A stretch of DNA of 52,830 bases from Patescibacteria group bacterium (GTDB taxonomy: Bacteria > Patescibacteriota > Patescibacteriia > Patescibacteriales > UBA12465), in contig JBBRSQ010000002.1 in the NCBI GenBank assembly GCA_038245255.1, forward strand, positions 1 to 52,830, written 5' to 3'. Positions within the stretch are counted from its first letter, which is position 1. The number at the start of each line of letters is the position of its first letter. Under the pieces are notes generated by a model. The model did not search any database. It saw only the letters and a program-made list of their open reading frames with translations, and was not told the origin of the DNA. A program made the position numbers and the translations under genes. Positions 9,925-21,620 of the stretch are shown here, piece by piece.

Positions 9925-12281
9925 CGACTTTCTTTATAATCCCAGATTGGACCGACCGAAATTACTTTATCATCTCCGTCTTGATGAATTAAAACCATTA
10001 GCTTTAGCGTGCCAATATCCTCCTTGAGGATATTTTTTGTTCCTGGTATTTTAAGGCTTAGACTTTTTTGAGTCGCTAGTGGATCTTCAATAGTTAATTG
10101 TTTAGCAAAGTTACTAATTATTTCGTTATCTTCTGGACCTAGTTTTTGACCCGCTAATTCTTTTATAATTACAGCGCGCAAAGAGCTTAGATTATCATTT
10201 AACGACTGCAATGAATTTGCAACCGAAACAACTTCTTGATTAATTTGTAAGGCGGCAAACATTCTCTGCATCATTGAGTTAGCAGCCAGAAGTTCATTAA
10301 TTAAATTTAAATTAGGCTCGACATAGGAGTTATCATTGAAGCGCGAAAAATTATTAAAGCCTTGCCCTTTAAACAGTTGATTGACAGTAAATTTATCTAG
10401 CGGTAGCTGCACATTTACCCAAGCGCTAAGAGCTGAAGTCAAGGTTCGATTATGCCAGGTAGGGGTTTGACTATAAAGCGGAAGGGCTGACTTGTTCATA
10501 TTTAAATAGGCAGATAGCGAAGTCATTGTTGACCAATAATTACTAGTATGCCAAACAGAATCAGTGCTCAGTTTATCTTTCAAATTTTTAGACGCTTTAT
10601 CATAATTCAAATAAAATGAATTCTCCGCAAAATAATCATTATTTGTAATCGGCGATACCAGGTTAATTACATCCGAAGCAATGTCGCTACAGCGTCGATT
10701 TTTTCCTTGAATTGAACAGGCAGTTATATTATTTTTTTGCGTACTTGTCCCTAAGTAGGTATCAACCTCGGGATAAATCAAGTGACTGAAGATATAATCA
10801 TTTGGCAAATACGTTTCAACTAATACTTTAAAGCCTAAGCGATAATTAGTGTTCGAATCTTTCTTATCAATCGCTCCTAAAAAAGGAGAAAATTCCAGCG
10901 CGTTTAGTTTAGCCTGAAGCTTTTTTAAATTATTTTGTGCCTCGGGATTTTTATCATCAAATAATTCATCTATTTTGTAATTTTCACCAAAGATAGCTTT
11001 AAGGGTATCACGATAATGAACATAATCTAAATCCTCACGCAAGGGATTAAAATATGACATGACTTTATAAATTCTTGCCCATTTATTTTTCAAATCAGGA
11101 GACTCAGAAAAATCAGCGGCAATAAAACTTGAGGCAATCATGGCCAAGCGCCAATCTTCTTTATCGAGTAAACAATTAGGACAATTCTTATCTCGATAAT
11201 TCAAAGGAAAAACAGAATTGAGCCATTTATTTGTTAAGTAGAAATTATTTAAACGGGCATTGCTTTTATAATCACGAGGAACTATAAAATCGGCGTAATC
11301 TCGCTGATAAAGCATGACCGGGGACTTTGTTTTTTCTTTTGCTTCGCGAATTAATTTAACTTCACGTAAAACATCATCTCGCAAATATGGAGGCGTAACA
11401 AAATAAAAACGTTCAGTCTCAGTGGTTACAAATTTATTTTTATCGTCTAAAGTTCCTTTAGGAGCGATTTGATCTTCGGCCGGTTTTAAGAGTTCGAGCG
11501 CCACGGCAAAATATGCGACCTCCAGGCGCTCCCCTTCCAGAACTGAATCATTAACATTTCCAATTGTCGCCAGACGCGTTTCATAACGATTTTTAGCCGA
11601 ATTATAAAGGTCTTTATTAATACTCCAAAGATTATCGTAAAATATATTTTCCTCAATATCTTTATAAACTTTTTTTAATATTGTTTGATAATAATAAAAA
11701 GTAAAATCAGATGTAATTAAAAAAGGTATTTGCTTTTGTTCTAAGCTTGTATAAATCGAATAAAAATTTGAAGCTTCTTTAGCCCAGGGATTGTCAATTA
11801 CTGAAAATCCGTTTGTATTTAAATCATTCAGCGCGGGGTCAATATTTAATTTCCTTGATAAATCATAATAATTTAAAATATCTATTTTTGAATTTAAAGG
11901 CAATTTATAATCAGTAAATTTGCTCTCAAAGCTATTATCAGGATTCTTATAAAAATCAGCGAACGATAAATATTCAACGGCTAAATTTGAAAACGTCGAA
12001 GTCGCGGTCGTGCTTGAAGCATTAGCCGGCATGTCTAAGTTAGGCAAGGTATTGGTTGATGTCGACTGTTCTTCGGTAATTACAGGCACTTCAATAATTT
12101 CTGCTTTTTTTGAAGCCATTTTTTTGACCGCAAACCAAACTATAAGTGACAATAATAACAAAACTAATACCAAAGCTCCTACTAAAAGAATCTTTTTTAG
12201 TTTAAAATTTCCTTTTGGTTCATTACTTATGCCAGTCGGGCTAGAATCTGTAGATATAATGGTCGTTTGATCGCCAAACAT
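9921..12281 (-). CDS. N-terminally anchored extracytoplasmic protein, DUF3160-like
   Basis: Single N-terminal TM (ILLVGALVLVLLLLSLIVWFAV). The large domain has an IPFLITSDFTFYYYQ..L pattern that I recall from DUF3160. ATG start at 12281. Confidence 0.5.
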   Translation of the reverse strand: MFGDQTTIISTDSSPTGISNEPKGNFKLKKILLVGALVLVLLLLSLIVWFAVKKMASKKAEIIEVPVITEEQSTSTNTLPNLDMPANASSTTATSTFSNLAVEYLSFADFYKNPDNSFESKFTDYKLPLNSKIDILNYYDLSRKLNIDPALNDLNTNGFSVIDNPWAKEASNFYSIYTSLEQKQIPFLITSDFTFYYYQTILKKVYKDIEENIFYDNLWSINKDLYNSAKNRYETRLATIGNVNDSVLEGERLEVAYFAVALELLKPAEDQIAPKGTLDDKNKFVTTETERFYFVTPPYLRDDVLREVKLIREAKEKTKSPVMLYQRDYADFIVPRDYKSNARLNNFYLTNKWLNSVFPLNYRDKNCPNCLLDKEDWRLAMIASSFIAADFSESPDLKNKWARIYKVMSYFNPLREDLDYVHYRDTLKAIFGENYKIDELFDDKNPEAQNNLKKLQAKLNALEFSPFLGAIDKKDSNTNYRLGFKVLVETYLPNDYIFSHLIYPEVDTYLGTSTQKNNITACSIQGKNRRCSDIASDVINLVSPITNNDYFAENSFYLNYDKASKNLKDKLSTDSVWHTSNYWSTMTSLSAYLNMNKSALPLYSQTPTWHNRTLTSALSAWVNVQLPLDKFTVNQLFKGQGFNNFSRFNDNSYVEPNLNLINELLAANSMMQRMFAALQINQEVVSVANSLQSLNDNLSSLRAVIIKELAGQKLGPEDNEIISNFAKQLTIEDPLATQKSLSLKIPGTKNILKEDIGTLKLMVLIHQDGDDKVISVGPIWDYKESR

Positions 12282-12315
12282 ATTGTTACGGGCTTACTCG
12301 TAAAACGAGTTGCTC

Positions 12316-13266
12316 TTACTTTAAATATTTATACTTATTATCTAAATGTTCTTGATAAGTTCGTGCATAAATTACCTCAGCTTTTCCTTTTGGACTTAAG
12401 AAATAATTATAATCGGTTTTAATGGGGTAAATTGCAGCTTCAATCGCTAGGATGCCGGGGTTACAAATCGGTCCTGGCGGCAAACCACGATATTTATAAG
12501 TATTGTATAAAGAATTTATATCTAACTCGGCTCCGCTGTGAGCTGGTTTTGTATCTCCATAGATATAAGAGAGGGTTGCGTCTGACTCTAAGCCTTGACC
12601 ATAACTCAAGCGATTCAAGAATATTCCCGCAATAATTCTTGCATCCCGATTATCGCCAGTTTGATAATTCATTGGCGCCTCTTTCTCAACTATTGAAGCG
12701 AGAGTTATAATTTCATAAATTGTTTTTCCTTGGGATTTAATATCAGCCCGCATTTTTTCAGTTAGTTTTTTATCAAAATTTGATAACATTTTATCAATTA
12801 TTTCAGTTACGCTTGAACTCGCATAAACACGATAAGTATCAGGAAATAAATAACCTTCTAAACCAAAGTAACTCGGTTTATCCGCCAGAAAACTATATTT
12901 AAGAGAGAAATCCTTCATAGCCGGCAAGTCTTCATGACTTCGATAATCAGTTTGCGACAAACCGACCTCGTCCATAAATTCAGTTGCCGATAATCCAGTT
13001 TGGCGCTCAACATAAATACTAATATCTTTGTCTGTCCAGCCTTCGAGAATTTGCAAAGTCTTTTCCGGAGCCTTAACTATAAGTGGTGCCGGTTTTTGAT
13101 TGGTAATTATATTTATTAAAGTAGAAATAAAAGCCGGGTACTTATCTTCATTCGCAATTAGCGCCCGATAGGCGACTCGAATATAAAATATTCCAATAAC
13201 TAAACTCGTTACGAGCAAAATACTAGCAGAAATTAGTAGGTACTTGGAAATTCTTCTAATTAGCAT
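12316..13266 (-). CDS. mltG: Endolytic murein transglycosylase (YceG family)
   Basis: N-terminal TM, then ASIVEKEA, FLNRL, SDATLSY, YNTYKYRGLPPGPICNPG and YFLS..G...YARTY..H. Confidence 0.85.
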   Translation of the reverse strand: MLIRRISKYLLISASILLVTSLVIGIFYIRVAYRALIANEDKYPAFISTLINIITNQKPAPLIVKAPEKTLQILEGWTDKDISIYVERQTGLSATEFMDEVGLSQTDYRSHEDLPAMKDFSLKYSFLADKPSYFGLEGYLFPDTYRVYASSSVTEIIDKMLSNFDKKLTEKMRADIKSQGKTIYEIITLASIVEKEAPMNYQTGDNRDARIIAGIFLNRLSYGQGLESDATLSYIYGDTKPAHSGAELDINSLYNTYKYRGLPPGPICNPGILAIEAAIYPIKTDYNYFLSPKGKAEVIYARTYQEHLDNKYKYLK

Positions 13267-13268
13267 AA

Positions 13269-13784
13269 TTATTTTTTATTCATTCCCGACTTTTTCAAGG
13301 AGGATGCTTTTTTTATCAATTCCGAGCTCGCCCGAATCTTCTTTCCTAGACCGTCAACTAATTTAATATTTAATTTTTGACAAATAGCAAACTCGGGAAC
13401 ATTAATAATATTATGACGATCCCCACCGTTAGCAAAAATATTTGGTCTTATTTTAGCCAGAGACTTAATGACGGGAATTTCGCCACTGGGCAGTTTATAA
13501 TCATCAATCGCTAACACAACTCTATCAACATCACGGAGAGCTTTGATAATTTCCATCCGATCGCTTTCCGACATAAATGGAACTCTACCTTTTAAAGCAA
13601 CTTGCTTATCATTGTTAACAATAACGATTAGCTTGTCTCCAAGTTTTTTTGCTTTTTTAATCATCTCTAGATGGCCGACGTGAAGGGGGTTAAAATAACC
13701 CGAAACCGCGACAATGATTGGTTTTTTTACTTGAGATTTTAAAGTTTTTGAGGCTTTATTTTTCTGAAAAATTTTTGGAGACAT
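13269..13784 (-). CDS. Cytidylyltransferase-family nucleotidyltransferase (HldE-C/TagD-like)
   Basis: GYFNPLHVGHLEMIKKAKKLGDKLIVIVNND carries the (H/T)xGH signature. Small single-domain protein. Confidence 0.65.
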   Translation of the reverse strand: MSPKIFQKNKASKTLKSQVKKPIIVAVSGYFNPLHVGHLEMIKKAKKLGDKLIVIVNNDKQVALKGRVPFMSESDRMEIIKALRDVDRVVLAIDDYKLPSGEIPVIKSLAKIRPNIFANGGDRHNIINVPEFAICQKLNIKLVDGLGKKIRASSELIKKASSLKKSGMNKK

Positions 13785-13906
13785 ATTTCAAATATAATTT
13801 ATAGATATGATTATTATAGCAAAAAAAATGACGAATTTGAAGCATAAACACTTAGTGTTTATTTATTCCTTAAACTGAGCTAAAATATAGCTATAAATAT
13901 ACATAT

Positions 13907-14236
13907 ATGACATTTAATGAATACCAAGCTCAGGCGCGAGAAACGGCTAAATTCCCGGAAAAAGAGAATGCTTTTATTTATACTGCTCTTGGCCTAATGG
14001 GCGAAGCTGGAGAAGTTGCTGAAAAAATTAAAAAGATTTGGCGGGACAAAAATAAACAGATAAATGACTTCGATAAAGAGGAGATAAAAAAAGAAATGGG
14101 TGACGTCTTGTGGTATTTATCGCAATTAAGCGCGGAAATTGGCGTTGACTTTGATGACGTCGCCACAACTAATTTAAAAAAGACCCATTCTCGTTTAGAA
14201 CGTAAAGTGATAAACGGATCGGGTGATAATCGTTAA
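13907..14236 (+). CDS. MazG-like nucleotide pyrophosphohydrolase (small all-alpha type)
   Basis: FNEYQ..A..TA, GLMGEAGEVAEKIKK and EMGDVLWYLSQLS motifs. Confidence 0.7.
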   Translation: MTFNEYQAQARETAKFPEKENAFIYTALGLMGEAGEVAEKIKKIWRDKNKQINDFDKEEIKKEMGDVLWYLSQLSAEIGVDFDDVATTNLKKTHSRLERKVINGSGDNR

Positions 14237-14239
14237 TTT

Positions 14240-15049
14240 ATGACAATTTTACATGCAATACTCTTAGGAATAATTGAGGGTTTAACTGAGTTTTTACCAA
14301 TATCTTCAACCGCTCACTTAATTATTGCTGCGGAGTGGTTAAAGATACCGAGTACAGAATTCTTAAAGACTTTTGAAATTTCTATTCAACTAGGCGCTAT
14401 TTTAGCAATTGTAATATTATATTGGAAAAAGATTTGGTCAAGTTGGAACTTAATTTTAAAGATTGCTGTTGCTTTCATTCCTACAGCCATAATTGGCTTA
14501 ATTTTCTATAAAATAGTTAAACAGTACCTGATGAATAATAACTATTTAATCGCAGCTGCTCTATTAGTCGGTGGTATTATTCTAATACTATTTGAAAAAT
14601 ATTTTTCGCATGATAAAAGTGGTAAAGAGCTCACGAGCGAGGCCGCTAAAGGAATAGACAATAATACTATAAGCTACAAACAGGCCGCCATTATAGGCGT
14701 TTTCCAGTCCCTAGCTATTGTTCCTGGAGTTTCGCGCGCCGCCGCTACTATTATTGGCGGTCTCAGCCTCGGAATTAAAAGAAAAACAATCGTTGAATTT
14801 TCTTTTCTTTTAGCTATTCCGACTATGCTCGCAGCCACTGGCTTAGATTTATTAAAAAGTAGAACTATTATCATGTCTCTGAGTACCAACGATCTTTTGG
14901 TTTGGCTAGTTGGTTTTGTCCTTTCGTTTATCACCGCTGTAATTGGCGTTAAATTCTTCATTAAGTATATTCAAAATAATAACTTCTCTGCTTTTGGCTG
15001 GTATAGAATCGTTCTGGCAATTATTATTTTTGCCTGGTTATTCATTTAA
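14240..15049 (+). CDS. uppP: Undecaprenyl-diphosphate phosphatase
   Basis: GIIEGLTEFLPISSTAHL and PGVSRAAATIIGG motifs, about 8 TM segments. Starts 3 nt after the mazG-like stop. Confidence 0.9.
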   Translation: MTILHAILLGIIEGLTEFLPISSTAHLIIAAEWLKIPSTEFLKTFEISIQLGAILAIVILYWKKIWSSWNLILKIAVAFIPTAIIGLIFYKIVKQYLMNNNYLIAAALLVGGIILILFEKYFSHDKSGKELTSEAAKGIDNNTISYKQAAIIGVFQSLAIVPGVSRAAATIIGGLSLGIKRKTIVEFSFLLAIPTMLAATGLDLLKSRTIIMSLSTNDLLVWLVGFVLSFITAVIGVKFFIKYIQNNNFSAFGWYRIVLAIIIFAWLFI

Positions 15050-15081
15050 AAAATATGAAAAAATAAAATATTATTAAATAT

Positions 15082-15111
15082 AAAAGACCCGTTACTACAG
15101 CGGGTCTTTTT
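15082..15111 (+). terminator. Rho-independent terminator after uppP
   Basis: AGACCCG-ttactacag-CGGGTCT followed by TTTTT. Confidence 0.75.
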
Positions 15112-15136
15112 AAAAATACCCGCAGAAACGGGTATT
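15111..15136 (-). terminator. Rho-independent terminator ending the atp operon plus orphan transcript
   Basis: Minus strand reads ATACCCG-tttctg-CGGGTAT followed by TTTTT. Confidence 0.7.
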
Positions 15137-15141
15137 AAAAT

Positions 15142-15960
15142 TTAATTACTAGTGTTTTCAAAATTAGGACTTAAGAAAGTTTTAACTGCAACCTTCTCTT
15201 CAAATTTAGAAGCGACTTCTTGAGCTACTCCTTCCCAAATCAACCTATCACTATCATTGTCAGCTGAAACTATAATATAAAAAGGATTTTGACTTGAAAA
15301 CCGATCACCATAACCATGATGGCCCAGGGCAATTCCAATTAAAGTTTCAAGCTCACTCTTCATATAAGACTCATTTAGACCTACGCCCGCACCCGAACAA
15401 ACGAAATGTGGCGGAAAAGATTCAAGATTAGTTGAATTAAACTTGCCGGTTTGATCAAGCACAATCGCGACTTCGTTATGATACTCATTTGCCATCTCTT
15501 CCATTTCTAAAAAGACATGAGTCGCACCGAGCCTTTTCGCTAATTGCTGTCCACGCAATGTCCCATAATCATCTGAATTTACAACTCCTTCCGGAATTTC
15601 TTCCGAATTTAAAGAACTATATTTTTTTGCAGCCGCCCCGCAATCGCGATGCGTAGTTACAACTTTTACCTTACCTTTTAAGTTCTCGACCAAGCCATCA
15701 AGCTCTTGCTCGGATAATAAAAGTCCACTACCAGCTATCCCTAACTTATTGCCCATAAGCACGCGACCATCGGAACAATCAAGTGTATCAAGCTCTTGAG
15801 AAAAAGCCTCTTTAAATCCTGAAAAAGAATCCATTATTTTTTGCAGATCTTCATTGGCTAGCAATCGGCCAACTACTTCATTTTTACGGGAAGCTTCCCA
15901 GCCCTCGTTAATTACTTGAGCTTTTAACTCGACTAAATTTGGATTTTCCATGTTTCGCAT
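15142..15960 (-). CDS. Hypothetical protein with beta-carbonic-anhydrase-like CxDxR / HxxCG motif pair
   Basis: LDCSDGRV (C62, D64, R66) and VVTTHRDCGAA (H104, C107), with an IAGSG segment between them. Begins 16 nt after the atpC stop and shares the terminator at 15111-15136. An alternative ATG lies at 15951. Confidence 0.4.
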   Translation of the reverse strand: MRNMENPNLVELKAQVINEGWEASRKNEVVGRLLANEDLQKIMDSFSGFKEAFSQELDTLDCSDGRVLMGNKLGIAGSGLLLSEQELDGLVENLKGKVKVVTTHRDCGAAAKKYSSLNSEEIPEGVVNSDDYGTLRGQQLAKRLGATHVFLEMEEMANEYHNEVAIVLDQTGKFNSTNLESFPPHFVCSGAGVGLNESYMKSELETLIGIALGHHGYGDRFSSQNPFYIIVSADNDSDRLIWEGVAQEVASKFEEKVAVKTFLSPNFENTSN

Positions 15961-15976
15961 ATTTATTTACAATCAG

Positions 15977-16423
15977 TTATTTATTACTATCAACATTTCT
16001 TAGCTTACGCCACCTATTAACTGCATGCAAGCGCGCTAGTTCTTTTTCTATTTGCGCCGACACACTAGCAAAATCAATTTCATCAGCCGATTTAGCACTA
16101 TTCTTTAGTTCTTCAGCGCGTAAATGGGCCTCCTTAACTTTTTCTTCGTCGAGCTCTTCGGCTCTTTCCGCTGAATCCGCTAAAATAACAATCTTATCCT
16201 TTAAAACTTCAATAAAACCGCCAGAAACAGACATAACCTCAATAACGCTATCAATTCTTTTAACTTCAATCACGCCTGGTTGCAAAATTGAAACCAAGGG
16301 TATGTGATCCGGTAAAATTGTAATTTCACCGCTCGTTGTCGGCACCGTTACTTGCAGCGCGTCTTGCTTTAAGACCACTCTTTCTGGAGTAACAATTTCA
16401 AATTTTATTGTCTTTTGGGACAT
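15977..16423 (-). CDS. atpC: F1 ATP synthase epsilon subunit
   Basis: Position after atpD. N-terminal beta-sandwich pattern (FEIVTPERVV...V.VPT..GE..ILP.H.P) plus a C-terminal helical hairpin. Confidence 0.85.
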   Translation of the reverse strand: MSQKTIKFEIVTPERVVLKQDALQVTVPTTSGEITILPDHIPLVSILQPGVIEVKRIDSVIEVMSVSGGFIEVLKDKIVILADSAERAEELDEEKVKEAHLRAEELKNSAKSADEIDFASVSAQIEKELARLHAVNRWRKLRNVDSNK

Positions 16424-16465
16424 AATTTAAAAAATTAAATTATCAGGGTTGACTCTAACTATTTT

Positions 16466-18825
<2,360 letters not shown>

Positions 18826-18846
18826 AGGAAATATCCTCCTTATTTC

Positions 18847-20370
18847 TTATTTAATAAGATAATCTAGAGTCGCTTTATAATCACTAACTAAATTTTTAAT
18901 CAGCTCTTCAATTTCGGGAGTAATTTCTTTCTTTTCATTAATTGCTTTAAGAGAGGCGTCGTTTAAATCAGCGTATTTGTATAATGCATTTTCAAATTCG
19001 CGAACTTTATCAACCGGAACGTCATCCATAAATCCATTAATCAAAACATAATAGATTAAGACCTGTTTGGCAACAGACAGTGGTTGATATTGGTCTTGTT
19101 TAAAAACTTCGTATAATCTCTGACCACGATCAAGTTTCTTTTTAGTTTCTGAATCTAAGTCCGAACCAAATTGAGCAAAAGCCGCTAACTCGCGATATTG
19201 AGCCGCCTCAAGACGCATTTTACCAGCCACCTTTTTCATGGCCTTGATTTGAGCACTTGAACCAACACGAGAAACTGATAAACCAGCATTTACCGCGGGA
19301 CGGTTTCCCTTATAGAATAAATCTGGTTCCAAGAAAATCTGACCATCAGTAATAGAAATAACATTAGTTGGAATATAAGCGGATAAATCTCCCGCTTGTG
19401 TTTCAATTATCGGTAAGGCCGTAATTGAACCACCGCCGAAATCCTTATTTAACTTACAAGCTCGTTCAAGTAAACGAGAATGCAGATAAAAAACATCACC
19501 CGGATAAGCTTCTCGACCTGGTGGACGTCGTAGTAGTAATGAAATTTCACGATAACTAACGGCGTGTTTTGATAAATCATCATAAACAACTAAAACATCT
19601 TCGCCTTTATCTAAAAAGTATTCAGCCATCGCGCAACCAGAATAAGGAGCAATATATAATAAAGACGCAGAAGTGGAAGCACCGGCTAGAACCACTGTCG
19701 TATATTCCATCGCCCCGGCCTCAGTTAATTTTGAAACAATATTAGCAATCTTCGATTCTTTTTGACCAATGGCAACATAAATACATTTCATGTTCTGACC
19801 TTTCTGATTAATGATAGTATCAATTGCAATTGCGGTTTTTCCTAGTTGGCGATCACCAATAATTAGTTCTCTTTGACCACGACCAATTGGAATCATCGCG
19901 TCGATTGCTTTGATACCAGTTTGTACTGGTTGCTTAACAGGATCACGAGTGATTACACCAGGCGCAATTTTTTCAATCGGATAGAATTTTGTTGTTTCAA
20001 TTTTTCCCTTCCCGTCCATCGGTTCACCCAGTGGGTTAACTACTCGGCCAATCATCGCTTCGCCGACAGGAACTTCTAAAATTCTTTTAGTCGCGCGAAC
20101 TTCATCACCTTCTTTAATGGCCGTATAATCACCGAGAATAATAACTCCGACTTGATTTTCTTCAAGATTTAAAGCTACACCAGCAACTTCGCCTTTTTCA
20201 GTTTTAAACATTAAAATTTCCGACATCATCGCTTCAGCTAAACCCGAGACAAGCGCAATGCCATCAGAAACTTTTAGTACCTTACCAACTGATTTTTCAC
20301 TGATTTCAGCTTTATAGCCGCTAATCTCCGATTTCAGTTGCTCGATAATGAAATCCTTTGTAGTTGACAT
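18847..20370 (-). CDS. atpA: F1 ATP synthase alpha subunit
   Basis: Walker [52 protein letters not shown]. Confidence 0.97.
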   Translation of the reverse strand: MSTTKDFIIEQLKSEISGYKAEISEKSVGKVLKVSDGIALVSGLAEAMMSEILMFKTEKGEVAGVALNLEENQVGVIILGDYTAIKEGDEVRATKRILEVPVGEAMIGRVVNPLGEPMDGKGKIETTKFYPIEKIAPGVITRDPVKQPVQTGIKAIDAMIPIGRGQRELIIGDRQLGKTAIAIDTIINQKGQNMKCIYVAIGQKESKIANIVSKLTEAGAMEYTTVVLAGASTSASLLYIAPYSGCAMAEYFLDKGEDVLVVYDDLSKHAVSYREISLLLRRPPGREAYPGDVFYLHSRLLERACKLNKDFGGGSITALPIIETQAGDLSAYIPTNVISITDGQIFLEPDLFYKGNRPAVNAGLSVSRVGSSAQIKAMKKVAGKMRLEAAQYRELAAFAQFGSDLDSETKKKLDRGQRLYEVFKQDQYQPLSVAKQVLIYYVLINGFMDDVPVDKVREFENALYKYADLNDASLKAINEKKEITPEIEELIKNLVSDYKATLDYLIK

Positions 20371-20383
20371 ATAATTTTATATT

Positions 20384-20785
20384 CTAATTACTAATTTTAT
20401 TTCTCAATTCTTCAAGACTTGTTTTCACACTAGCGTCGACAACTTTGTTATCATATCTTAAAACAAAGCCACCAATTAATTTCTTATTAATCTTTTCTTC
20501 CAAAATAACTTTTTTTGCGTTCGTTCTTTCTTTCAAATAATTTACAACCAATTCTCTGGCCGTTGGCCCTAACTCTCGAGCACTAACCAGCTCAGCCGTG
20601 ATCTCACCATGAGATTTATTCCAAAGTTCAGTAAAAATATTTATGATTTCCTTTGCTTTATTTAATTCTCGATTACGTCCAAGTAAAACAACAAAATTTT
20701 TTAAAACAAGTTTAAGCTCCTTTTCACTTTTATCAGTGACAGAATCAAATAAACTCTTAGCGTATTGTTGGACTGATATCTTCAT
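20384..20785 (-). CDS. atpH: F1 ATP synthase delta (OSCP) subunit, short form
   Basis: Position between atpF and atpA. The C-terminal IGGFVLRYDNKVVDASV pattern is typical of delta. Only 133 aa. Confidence 0.75.
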   Translation of the reverse strand: MKISVQQYAKSLFDSVTDKSEKELKLVLKNFVVLLGRNRELNKAKEIINIFTELWNKSHGEITAELVSARELGPTARELVVNYLKERTNAKKVILEEKINKKLIGGFVLRYDNKVVDASVKTSLEELRNKISN

Positions 20786-20787
20786 AA

Positions 20788-21276
20788 TTACTTAAGCATT
20801 TTCTTAATTAATTCTCTGTCTTTATCGCCGTTCATTTTCTCGGTCAATATTTTCTCAACCGTCATAATTACAAGTTCGGCTACTTCCTCTTTTATCTCTT
20901 TTAAAGTTTCCGCTTTATCACGAACTAATTTTTCTTTCTCAACATTAATTACTTGGCCGATTTCTTCTTTAGCTTTAACAAGTGCCTCATTCCTTTTTTC
21001 ATCGCCGCGTTTAGCTGCTTCTTCAACAATAACATTCGCCTGCACTTTGGCAGCCTTAATAATTTCATCCCTATCTTTTTCTGTTAGCGCCAATCTCTTT
21101 TCAATTTCGTCGGCGTCTTTTAAACTCTTATCAATCTTCTCAGTTCTTTCGCCCATCGTTTTTACCAGCGGCTTAAAAGCCATAAAATATAAAACCGAAA
21201 AAACAATCGCAAAGTTTATAAGCTGAGCAATGAAAAGCTTAAGATCGATATGAAAGGTTGAAATTAATGATTCCAT
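20788..21276 (-). CDS. atpF: Fo ATP synthase subunit b
   Basis: One N-terminal TM (LINFAIVFSVLYFMAF) followed by a long charged helix. Operon position fits. Confidence 0.85.
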   Translation of the reverse strand: MESLISTFHIDLKLFIAQLINFAIVFSVLYFMAFKPLVKTMGERTEKIDKSLKDADEIEKRLALTEKDRDEIIKAAKVQANVIVEEAAKRGDEKRNEALVKAKEEIGQVINVEKEKLVRDKAETLKEIKEEVAELVIMTVEKILTEKMNGDKDRELIKKMLK

Positions 21277-21301
21277 ATTAATAATTATAATATTCTAGCG
21301 T

Positions 21302-21328
21302 TTTCCCCCAAAAATAATTTAGGGGAAA
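21302..21328 (-). promoter_or_regulatory. Intra-operon stem-loop between atpE and atpF
   Basis: Minus strand TTTCCCC-N12-GGGGGAA. No T-run follows, so it is not a classical terminator. Confidence 0.4.
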
Positions 21329-21340
21329 TTCGTCAAAATA

Positions 21341-21568
<228 letters not shown>

Positions 21569-21620
21569 TTATATTTTAATTAATATATTTTTAAATTTTT
21601 TTCGTATTTTGCGCTTATTC

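Noticed and set aside
15939-16307. 122-aa + strand ORF spanning the atpC region.
   Set aside because: It is antisense to atpC and to the start of the orphan gene. The product is a Ser/Leu-rich low-complexity artefact.
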